The notes under the pieces are model-generated. The model worked only from the letters and a program-made list of their open reading frames with translations. It ran no database searches and had not been told where the DNA came from. Positions 15,901 to 25,884 of a stretch of DNA of 64,000 bases are shown here, in pieces. Position 1 is the first letter of the stretch. Each line of letters begins with the position of its first letter. The DNA comes from Eledone cirrhosa (Eukaryota), in contig OZ024763.1 in assembly GCA_964016885.1 (NCBI GenBank), positions 1,426,001 to 1,490,000 of the forward strand. Reading direction: 5' to 3'. The position numbers were made by a program, and so were the translations under genes.

Positions 15901-16046
15901 TATTCAAAATTATTTGAAGGAAATTAACCAACTTTCATTAAAAACTATTTAATCACTTACAATTCCAATCTAAAGTGAGATGGATCTGTCCATTTGTCAA
16001 TCGGCAAATCCCAAGGTCTTCACACCTTTGTAAATTACAACTTGTA

Positions 16047-16575
16047 TGGCAGACCCAGAAAAACCTGGGACGACTTGATAAATTCCGACCTCACACACTT
16101 ACACCTCTCCAAGACAATGTCACTACACCGAGATCTTTGGCGCTACGCAGTAATACAGAAGACTCGCCTTGCCTAAGTACAAAGCGAAACCTACTACAGT
16201 CAGTAGGCACCTCTTAACCAAAATATACCCCCGTCCCACTACCCCTAGCCCATCCACACCACCCCTTTTAATGTAAAGTTATGTTGGTACCACAACATCC
16301 AGTCCGAAACAAATGAGGTCGTGTAGGTGTCACGACAAAAAAACACAGTCCACGCTGTAATGTGGCCGTGTAGGTAACACAGTAAAAACCTCCCAGTCCA
16401 CACTGTAAACGTGGTTGGTGTTAGGAAGGGCATCCAGCCGTAGAAAACCCGCCAGACAGTCCTATGTGAGCAAGACAACCACTCTTGCCTCAAGTGGGAA
16501 AACTCCCGTCCAAACCCATGCAAGTGTGGAAGATGGGCGTTAAACGATGATGATGATGATGATGATGATGATAAT
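16047..16575 (+). mobile_element. 3' end of the same RTE family
   Basis: Near-identical to 33916-34394; (GAT)n tail. Confidence 0.9.
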
Positions 16576-17262
16576 GATGTCTCTCTACTCTCCTTTGAGA
16601 TTTCATTGTATGCCTCCACTTTTGACACAAACACACACACACACACATATATATATATACATACATACAGATACACATATGTACATATGCGTGTATATAT
16701 AGACTATCTGTGTTTGCGTATATATATATTATATATAAAATGTATGCATGTAAATACACAAACGCGTGGAGAGTTCTGATTTAAGGTGAAGATCTAGGTA
16801 ACATTTTTATTTTATTCTTCTGGGAGTCTAGCAGTAATATGTCCATGCTTGTCTCCTCTCTACACCAACGATGTTGTCTAATTGGAACGTGATGGGCTGA
16901 TGCTGTCCCATTACCAATATCACTGCAGACATTGCTGTTGGAACTCGACACTGCCGGTAGAATTATCACAAGGTACTACCGGTGTCAATACACAGAAAAG
17001 GACATAAGACGTACACAAACTAATCTATACCGTTCACTATAACAGGTAATGCTAACATTTCCCTTTTCATCTTGTAATTTCTCGTCCAAAATTCTTTATT
17101 AAATTTCTAGATGGTGACTTATTCCCCTTCCATTGCCAGTGTCAGGGATTGTATGAGGGGTCTAGTCGGAAATTTCGAGAATTTTAACCGAATGCGATAA
17201 AAGTCTTTTAAGTAAGCCAAAGGATAGCACGGCCGATATGTTGTGACTATAAATAACTAAGA

Positions 17263-17588
17263 CAGAGGTTTTCAAAGTGGGCTCTACCTCCTTCCCCAGA
17301 TGGCGTTGAGGGGATCCAGGGGGCAGTGAAAGGCGGTATATTAAATATGAAATAATACATATATAAATACATATATAATACATATATAAATATAGTAAAA
17401 TAAAAAATATATATTTATTTATACATAGTATATATTATATTATTTATTATATACAAATTAACGATTTTATTTATTATATATTATTTACAATTTGCGTGTA
17501 GGCAGGTCTCTCTGGAAATAGGTTTAGGGGCGCTGAGTATTTCGTGGCTGTGAGGCGGGCAGTGGCCTTAAAAGTTTGAGACCCTCTG
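17263..17588. mobile_element. hAT-like MITE with perfect 8-bp TSD
   Basis: cagaggttttcaaa...tttgagaccctctg flanked by aactaaga on both sides. Confidence 0.85.
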
Positions 17589-19114
17589 AACTAAGACGAG
17601 GCTCTACTCGTAGTATATAACACTTGCCATCAGGTGGGATGACTTTGTCACCTACAGCGAAGTCGGTTAACGGACCCACTAATAACGAGTGTGTCTAACA
17701 TCATGTGTAAGAGTTGACTTGGCTGGTTGGGACATGTTTCACACGACTTCCAAGTGAGAGACATGATAATCAGGTCCTGTATTGGTACTGCTCCGTGGAA
17801 AGAGGCAGCGAGGACGTCCCAAGATGAACTGGTGACAGACAATTGACAGAGACCTGAAACTTGTCAATACAAGTTAGAACGATGTATTGATAGATGTAAC
17901 TGACCGTGGTGGTCATTGGAGCACTTTGGCTGCCTCGTGTGTCTCAAGACACGGGAGTTTCTAAGTTTAAGTCTAATGTATTGGTTAAAATCAAAGGTAA
18001 GTGATGATGGGGACCAGGTTTATAGTTGAAGTAACACCACCACCAACAACAAAAAACAATAGAAATAGCAACATCTCCATCATTTGCTTTTACGTTTTCT
18101 CTCATCTTTGCAAGGGAGATAACCGCTTAATCATTTCAGGCAGTATTTTCATAGCGGGACTAAAAATGTTTGAATAAATATATCAAACATCGTTTCTAAT
18201 AAAATTATTATGATTATTAATAATAATTGTTTCTACTTTAGGCACAAGGCCAGCAATTAACCAGTGTATTACTGGGTAATAATTATGTATTAGCCACACG
18301 GGGCTGATATCAATAAAACTGTGCAGGACGATACAACGTGGGTGTTTTCGTGTAAAACAAGGGATAATAGAAAAAAATCAACCGTAAAAATAAAATGAAA
18401 GAAAAATAATTCCTGTTTGTTGTTAGTCATAATAATTATCTGACTAGATGTAATAATTTTTATTGAAATAAAAGAGAAAAATAACTTTATGTTGTATTCG
18501 AATAATTGGTATAGATGGAGGGAAAAGGTGTCTTAGTTAGTAAAGCAACAAAGACCAGTTTTCTAGAACTAGATTATTTAAAATGTCTCCTTTCTACTTA
18601 TTTACTAGACGGTAGATTAATTTTACATGAGGGTTATTTGACTGCTATTCAACTCAAACAAATACGCGTTACACCGGTTTATCCGGTGTAATGTATGTTT
18701 GCTTTACAGGACTCCGGAACCATGAAACAACAATACATCTAAACATGTCAATTAAGTACGTATTATTGTTGTTATTCCCCAAAATACACCCAGAAAGGTT
18801 TGTATAGTATTTAATCCTTCAAGAAAGTTTTATTTCAGTACGTAAATCGAATTAGTTTTATAAAGTTAAAGTTAAGTGTATGTCTGGGTGTGTGTCTGCG
18901 TGTGAAAATATCTAAGGGACACAACTCCTATTTCGAATGTATAATTGACTGCTTTATGGAGTTCGAAGCAGAGATAAAATTATTGAATGACGCCACACGG
19001 GTGAGCAGTGTCTTTAATATTTATTCAGTGGGGCCGGATTTAATGGATGACAAAGGAGGCAATTGCCCCAGGCCCTTGCTGTAGCAATTTATTTGTGCCC
19101 TCAGCTGGGCTATT

Positions 19115-19286
19115 TACCGTATTTCCCGGCGCCGAAGACGCTTCGTTGTCGAGGACGCACCCTAATTTTGACAACCAAATATTTGAAAAAAAATAATAAA
19201 CAACCTTCGGCCTCCAAGACGCATGGTAGATTTTTGAGACTTATTTTAGGGAAAAAATAGCGTCTTTGACGCCGGGAAATATGGTA
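19115..19286. mobile_element. pogo/Tigger-like MITE nested in another MITE (~19026-19425); further copies at ~25495-25663 and ~36627-36795
   Basis: TIR taccgtatttcccggc...gccgggaaatatggta, TA ends. Confidence 0.8.
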
Positions 19287-20249
19287 GCTTTAAGATGGCT
19301 AGAAATTTTTTGAATTTAATACATGTATATATAAGTTTTCAATTTCAATTCTTTCCCGAAGCTAACTTTAATATGTAAACTTGGGGCAGGGGGGGGGGGG
19401 GGACCAAGGTCTAAATCCGACACTGCCCTCCAGTAATAAAAGCTTGGGGAGCGATTTCAAGTGAGATAAGAAAAAAAAAAAAAAAGAGATTGAATCCTCT
19501 GATTTTTAAGTCGGAATTTGAATATTGAGAGAAAGAGAGAGAACACGCCAAGTATCATGTTTGATTCCCCAACAAATACAAGTAGTGATGGGATTATTAA
19601 CTATATATTTGATAGATTTTACACCGTTTTAGTAGCGTTTTATAAACAATAAAAGGGATATTGATTGATTCCGGCTTGGACCCTTTTTATTATTACGTTA
19701 ACTTTGCCTTTCATCCTTACGGGGTCGATAAAATAAAGTACCAGTAATACACTGGGTACTTGCTGGCCTTGTGCCTAACGTAGAAACAATTATTACGTTA
19801 TTATTGTAATGGCGGTGGATTAGCAGTAATCGGTAGAGCATCGGATAACATGCTTCGTGACATAGAGTTACGGCTCTTTACGTTCTGAGTTCAAATCTCG
19901 CCGAAGTTAATTTTGCTTTTCATCTTTGCGAGGGTGATACAATAAAGTACCAGTAATGCACTGGGGTCGATTTAATCGACGCCCCCCCCCCCCTTCAAAT
20001 TGCTGGCTTCGTGTTAAATGTAGAAACACTTATTGACTAAATGGATTAGCAAAGTCGGTAGAGCGCCGACAGTATTTGTTCCGAGTCTTTACTGAGTTCA
20101 AATCCCACCGAGGTCAACTTTGCCTTTCAGTCTTACGGCGGTGTCAAGAGAAGAAACTACCAATAATGTACTGAGATCGATATAGTCGACTTCCATTCAC
20201 ACACACACACACATTGCATTGCTGGCCCTGTGCCTAAATTACAATTCTT

Positions 20250-20655
20250 TATCCGTATGGTGATAAAATTGGGTCCCACGTGCTGGCCTCCCCACAGCTC
20301 CGGCGGACAGAATGAAGAAGGCGTTTCCCCGGAGGATGGTAAGGGAGATGCGCTGGAAGAGCCATTCCAACTCGCGAGGCTCACACCTGCGGCTGTGGTG
20401 GTAAGTAGGGAGGTAGCCCTAGGGCTAAGGACACCAGAAGTCTCCACTGCCAAGGGCACGATCGCGAACCTGTTGGAGAGCGACCGCTACTTGGAGAGTT
20501 TGGCCTCTTCGGCCCGATGTGCGGCAGAACCTGGGTTAGTCGAAGACTGCACCAGGTTGCGACTGGAGAAAGTGTCGCTGCAAGTGGCATCCCAGACGAT
20601 GGAAAGATGGTCATACAGTCTGGTCTTTTGCCGTCCCCTCGGTCCCAAGCGGGTT
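20250..20655 (-). mobile_element. CRE-like 3' fragment
   Basis: [18 protein letters not shown] motif; homologous to 35160-35560. Confidence 0.8.
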
Positions 20656-20734
20656 AAAATATATATAAATATATATGTGTGCGTTCTATATATGTGTATC
20701 TATCTATCTATCTCTCACACACACACACAACAGT

Positions 20735-20857
20735 GAAATTTTGACGTTCAACTTATAATGAAAGGGAAATAACTTTCGCAACTTATTCGGCTGACGTCTC
20801 TGTGGTATACTGGTTGTCTGGGATTAGACTCGTGTTGAAGTTATACCCACAACAAAC
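20735..20857 (+). promoter_or_regulatory. Putative proximal promoter/5'UTR of the C22orf39 homolog
   Basis: CpG-containing unique stretch upstream of the ATG with CRE-like TGACGTC (~20793), TGACGT (~20742) and AAGGGAAATAACT (~20762). Confidence 0.45.
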
Positions 20858-20926
20858 ATGGCAGCGCCCGAATCGAACAACATGGAAACTCCTGATCTGA
20901 ATGACCTCCCACAGGATATATGGATG
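20858..20926 (+). CDS. C22orf39: C22orf39/UPF0545 homolog, coding exon 1 (MAAPESNNMETPDLNDLPQDIWM)
   Basis: ATG in good context (aaacATGG), 23 open codons, phase-0 donor ATG|gtatgt; joins exon 2 in frame. Confidence 0.8.
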
Positions 20927-21417
20927 GTATGTCTATATTTAACATTCTATTTATATGTCATTTCGTTTATATAGATGATATGTCTATTTTTCTCCACTAA
21001 TGTTTATATTAACTGTTTGCTTCTCTCAACTTGGAATCGTTACGAAAGGTTGGATGAAAGTCGAGTTAGGGGTTTTCTACTGTACCTCTTTTCAAGGTCG
21101 ATTAAATAAAACAAAAAAAAACTGGGGACCGATACAAGTCACCAGTATATTCTCCCTTCATTAAAATATGGGATTAAATTTCTATTTTAGCGTCCGACTA
21201 GAAACGAAAGTAAAATTGTATTCTGCTTAAAGAATCAACTTTCTTCACGAAGCGTTGAACAAATTTTGAAAATGTCAGCTGCTTCAGTGCAAGTATTTTT
21301 ATTATTTACTATGAAAAAATAGCCGAACAAGTCGGACATATAAGCCCCTACAGATAGAAATTGGGTAATGACAGTACAGCCGTCTTTCTTTACACATGTG
21401 TATATATATATATATAT

Positions 21418-21587
21418 ATCATCATCATCATCATCATCATCATCGTTTAACGTCCATATTCCACGCTTGCATGGGTTTGGACGGGAGTTTTCCCACTTGA
21501 GGCAAGAGTGGTTGTCTTGCTCGCATAGGACTGTCTGGCGGGTTTTCTACAGCTGGATGCCCTTCCTAACACCAACCACATTTACAG
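21418..21587 (-). mobile_element. Short 3' tail of the same RTE family
   Basis: (ATC)n followed by gtttaacgtccat...ccaaccacatttacagt. Confidence 0.85.
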
Positions 21588-21687
21588 TATATATATATAT
21601 ATATATATATATACGTTATTCCGGGTTGAATCGGAGGTAACCACAGTAAGTAAGGTACTCAATACATAGCAGAGTATAAAAGTTTTA

Positions 21688-21794
21688 ATATAGATGAGAT
21701 TCTACAGGACTAGAACTGTTTCATTCATTAGAAATCATCAGGAATTCCTGATGATTTCTAATGAATGAAACAGTTCTAGTCCTGTAGAATCTCA

Positions 21795-21801
<7 letters not shown>
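21688..21801. ncRNA. Type I hammerhead ribozyme motif in a perfect 57-bp-arm palindrome (Penelope-like element remnant, ~21615-21801)
   Basis: ATTC-CTGATGA-tTTC taat GAAt-GAAACAG ttctagtc CTGT-A-GAAT: stem I ATTC/GAAT, stem III ACAG/CTGT, GUA triplet; palindrome centred at 21744/21745. Confidence 0.7.
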
Positions 21802-21834
<33 letters not shown>

Positions 21835-21924
21835 AGAGTTAAACAAGGTTCAATGAATACATCAAAGAATGAGTTTTACAATAGATTGGAAGCACTCAAC
21901 AGTGAAAATGTTTTCCAGTGTTAT

Positions 21925-22240
21925 TAATATTAATTCAAAATATTAACAAAATAGATATTCTTGTGATCAATTATATTTTATTATACATATTTCAGAGGTA
22001 CTGAGTTAAGTTCAACAGTACGTCCTCATCAGATAAAATAAAATGATACATGACATACCCTGACATGGTAGATGGTTAAGATTCAATCAAGGTAGTGATT
22101 AACTTATATATAAGATAATCATTTTATTTTATCTGATGAGGACGTACTGTTGAACGTAACTAAGTACCTCTGAAATATGTATAATAAAATATAATTGATC
22201 ACAAGAATATCTATTTTGTTAATATTTTGAATTAATATTA
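21925..22240. repeat. 123-bp-arm inverted repeat with a hammerhead-like core in each arm
   Basis: Arms 21925-22047 and 22118-22240, 70-bp spacer; CTGATGA (22133)-GGACGTAC...GTACCTCT-GAAATATGT. Confidence 0.7.
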
Positions 22241-22257
22241 TATATATATATATATAT

Positions 22258-22450
22258 AGGGCGGTGAATTGGCAGTATCGGTAGAGGGTCGGACGCCATG
22301 CTTTGACGCATAGAGTTACGGCCCTTGCTATTCTGAGTTCAAATCCCACCGAGGTTAACTTTGCCTTTCATCCTTACGGGGTCGATAAAATAAAGTACCA
22401 GTAATGCACTGAGAAATTGCTGGCCTTGTGCCAAAAGTAGAAACAATTAT
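22258..22450 (+). mobile_element. tRNA-derived SINE (dominant family; representative full copy)
   Basis: A-box tggcagtatcgg, B-box gagttcaaatcc, core gcctttcatccttacggggtcgataaaataaagtaccag. Other copies near 5907, 6850, 9525, 19700-20250, 24298, 39082, 42298, 45700, 49325, 56130, 57378, 58775, 60395. Confidence 0.9.
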
Positions 22451-22488
22451 ATATATATATATATGCATATGCACACAAATATATATGA

Positions 22489-22590
22489 ACAGGGTATCCC
22501 ACAAAAATGTATACACATTTCAACAGCCTTCTATTAAATGTTGCCTGTACAAGTAATCAAATTTGTATACATTTTTGGGGGACACCCTGG
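22489..22590. mobile_element. ~100-bp Tc1/mariner-like MITE
   Basis: cagggtatcccacaaaaatgtata...tatacatttttgggggacaccctg. Confidence 0.7.
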
Positions 22591-22599
22591 ATATATATA

Positions 22600-23460
22600 T
22601 ATATGTGTGTGCATGTATATATATATATGTGCATGTATATATACGTGTGTATGTATGTGTGTGAGTGTGTGTGTGCCTGTATGTATATATATATATGTGT
22701 GTGTGTATGTATATATATTGGTTAGTTAATCCACTTGTGTGTGTATGTATGCATGTATATGTGTGAGTGTGTATGTATATATGTGTGTGTATGTATGTAT
22801 ATATATTGGTTAGTTAATCCACTTGTGTCTATATATATATATATATATATGTGTGTATGTATGCATGTATGTGTGTGTGTGTGTGTGTATGCATATATAT
22901 GTGTGTGTGTATGTATGTATAGATATATATTGGTTAGTTAATCCACTTGTGTCTGTATATATATATGTGTGTGTATGTATGCATGTATATGTGTGAGTGT
23001 GTGTGTATGTATATATATATATGTGTGTGTATGTATATATATATATATTGGTTAGTTAATCCACTTGTGTCTGTATATATATATGTGTGTGTGTATGTAT
23101 GTATAGATATATATTGGTTAGTTAATCCACTTGTGTCTGTATATATATATATGTGTGTGTATGTATGTATAGATATATATTGGTTAGTTAATCCACTTGT
23201 GTGTATATATATATATGTGTGTGTGTATGTATATATATATATTGGTTAGTTAATCCACTTGTGTGTATATATATGTGTGTATGTATGCATGTATATGTGT
23301 GAGTGTGTGTCTGTATATATGTATATATATATATATTGGCTAGTTAATCCACTTGTGTGTGTGTATGTATGTATATGTGAGTGTGTGTATGTATATATAT
23401 ATGTATGTATGTATATATATATATTGGCTAGTTAATCCACTTGTGTGTGTGTGTATATAT
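22600..23460. repeat. attggttagttaatccacttgtgt units separated by variable microsatellite
   Basis: About nine copies just upstream of exon 2. Confidence 0.9.
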
Positions 23461-23512
23461 ATTCACACTGTTTAGTACACCTTCAATTTCTTTCTCAACA
23501 CCTGTTTTCCAG

Positions 23513-23558
23513 ATGCGTCCATGTGAAGTCTACCAAGATGAATACCGTGACTGTAAAA
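23513..23558 (+). CDS. C22orf39: C22orf39 homolog, exon 2 (MRPCEVYQDEYRDCK, phase 1)
   Basis: Acceptor ctgttttccag|, donor |gtaagt; RPCExY...C motif typical of the family; first CX9C. Confidence 0.9.
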
Positions 23559-23589
23559 GTAAGTTTAATTCATACTAATAAATATACTA

Positions 23590-24190
23590 ATCATCATCAT
23601 CTGCTTTCATTGGTAACATGGGTTGGACAGGTCTATATAGGCCAAGTCTGTACTGAAGTAGCACTGGAGACCTCTCTGATGAGATGGAGGCCCACATCTC
23701 AGCCACATATGTTACCCATTGTCTATCACCATCATCATTTAATGCCTGTCTTCCCTGGTAACATGGGTTGGACAGGTCTATATAGGCCAAGTCTGTACTG
23801 AAGTAGCACTGGAGACCTCTCTGATGGGATGGAGGCCCGCATCTCAGCCACATATGTTACCCATTGTCTATCATCATCATTTAATGCCTGCCCTGGTAAC
23901 ATGGGTTGGACAGGTCTATATAGGCCAAGTCTGTACTGAAGTAGCGCTGGAGACCTCTCTGATGGGATGGAGGCCCGCATCTCAGCCACATATGTTACCC
24001 ATTGTCTATCATCATCATTTAATGCCTGCCCTGGTAACATGGGTTGGACAGGTCTATATAGGCCAAGTCTGTACTGAAGTAGCGCTAGAGACCTCTCTGA
24101 TGGGATGGAGGCCCGCATCTCACCCACATATGTTACCCATTGTCTATCATCATCATTTAATGCCTGTCTTCCCTGGTAACAAGGGTTGGA
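23590..24190. repeat. 138-145-bp tandem repeat, ~4.3 copies
   Basis: tggtaacatgggttggac at 23611, 23756, 23894, 24032 and a variant at 24174; includes a LINE-tail-like (CAT)n segment. Confidence 0.95.
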
Positions 24191-24799
24191 TGGGTCTTCA
24201 CGGACTCTCTAGTGGACCTACTGACTTCTCTGCTAGGCCGGGGAGCCTGCATCTCACCCACAACCATTACCTATGCTCTAATATCATCATTATTTAACAC
24301 GGTGGATTGGCAGTACCAGTAGAGGGTCGGACGCCATGCTTTCCAGCATAGTTACGGCCCTTTATGTTCTGAGTTCAAATCCCGCCGAGGTTGACTTTGC
24401 CTTTCATCCTTACGGGGTCGATAAAATAAAGTACCAGTAATGTGCTGGGTTAATTGCTGGCCTTGTGCCTAAAGTAGAAACAAATATTTAACACCTGTCT
24501 TCCCAGCTAGCAAGAGTTGGACCCAGAAACCTTGTGGAATGGTTTAGTGTTCTATTCATTTATTTATTTAATCAATTTATATGTCCGTATAGAGCATGTA
24601 AGCCATGACGGACTACGGGGTGTATCTAGTACCCCTTACAGTTCTCCTCCTTCTCCTGCTGCCACCCAACATCTCAAAGCCCCTGTTTCAATCTCACTGT
24701 GGTGCCTTAGACCCAGTGTTATTTCCTGTAGCCCTTCAGTTCAACGAAGCCCTTCAATTTGAATTGGGTAACATTTTTCTGTTCTGTTTTGTTTTGCAG

Positions 24800-24918
24800 G
24801 TATAAAGGGCCGTTTCCATCAATATTATGTGTTTGGTCAATATATGGACTGTGATCAATGGAAAACTAACTATGAAAACTGTCTCAAGTTTCGTCACACA
24901 CGATCATATGAAGCAGTG
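24800..24918 (+). CDS. C22orf39: C22orf39 homolog, exon 3 (SIKGRFHQYYVFGQYMDCDQWKTNYENCLKFRHTRSYEAV)
   Basis: Acceptor gttttgcag|, donor |gtaggt, phases compatible; HQYYVFG..DCxQW motif; second CX9C. Confidence 0.92.
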
Positions 24919-24999
24919 GTAGGTTTTAGGTCTTCTCTGTGTCTCTCTTTGTTACCTTCACCTCTATTAAGCTGTTGATAACAGTTGTGTTGTCACACA

Positions 25000-25250
25000 T
25001 GTGGCCCTAGAGCTACCTCCCTGCTTACCACCATAGGCGCTGAGCTGGCTACCCCTAGCAGTGGAGACTTCTGGTGTCCTTGGCCCTAGAGCTGCCTCCC
25101 TACTTACCACCATAGGCGCTGAGCTGGCCAGCTGCAGCTGTGAGCCTTGCGAGATAGACTGGCTTTTCCAGCGCATCTCTCGGGAAACACTTTCTCTATT
25201 CTGTCCGCTGGGGCTGTGGGGCAGCCAGCACATGGGACCCCATTTGCTCA
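25000..25250 (+). mobile_element. CRE-like 3' fragment with an internal 79-bp duplication
   Basis: [24 protein letters not shown]...WLFQRIS. Confidence 0.8.
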
Positions 25251-25344
25251 TAGTAGATAGAGATGGAGCTGATGACAGTGGGAGTTTGGCTCTTCCGTAT
25301 TTGGACCTGGTGTGCAGCGTCAGTTATCCGTAGGGAGGTAGTGA

Positions 25345-25384
<40 letters not shown>

Positions 25385-25884
25385 TATTATATTGTTCCCT
25401 ATTGTAACTGTAGTGAATGTAACCAATCCAGTGAGCAAGCCCTTCTCTTACCATATTCCCAGCCCTTCTCTTACCATATTCCCAGCCCTTCCCTTACCAT
25501 ATTCCCAGCGTTGAAGATGCTACTTTATTCCTAAAATAAATCTCAAAAATCTATCATGCATCCTGGAGGCCAAAGGTTGTTTATTATTTTTTCCAAAATT
25601 TTGGTTGTCAAAGTTAGGGTGTGTCCTCGAGGACAAAGCATCTTTGGCACCGGGAAATACGGTTTTTCTAATTAGATTTTGAATGCTCACAGCATTAAAT
25701 CTATTATTTCCACACTCGAGAAATATTACTGTGTATCATCACACAAAACAGTAATATGTCTTCCATGTGGTCTTGTCTTTCTCTCTCTGTCTCTGTTATC
25801 TCCATCTTTGTGTTAAGCTGTTCACCTTTGACAGCTGCTGTGATTTTACTGACTCAAGTTTCAATCATATTCAACAGTGGTATG

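Noticed and set aside
16781-16969. 62-aa minus-strand ORF in unique-looking sequence
   Set aside because: No recognisable motif or splice framework.
22700-23450. CRISPR-like constant repeat with variable spacers
   Set aside because: Spacers are related TA/TG microsatellites, the context is eukaryotic and there are no cas genes.
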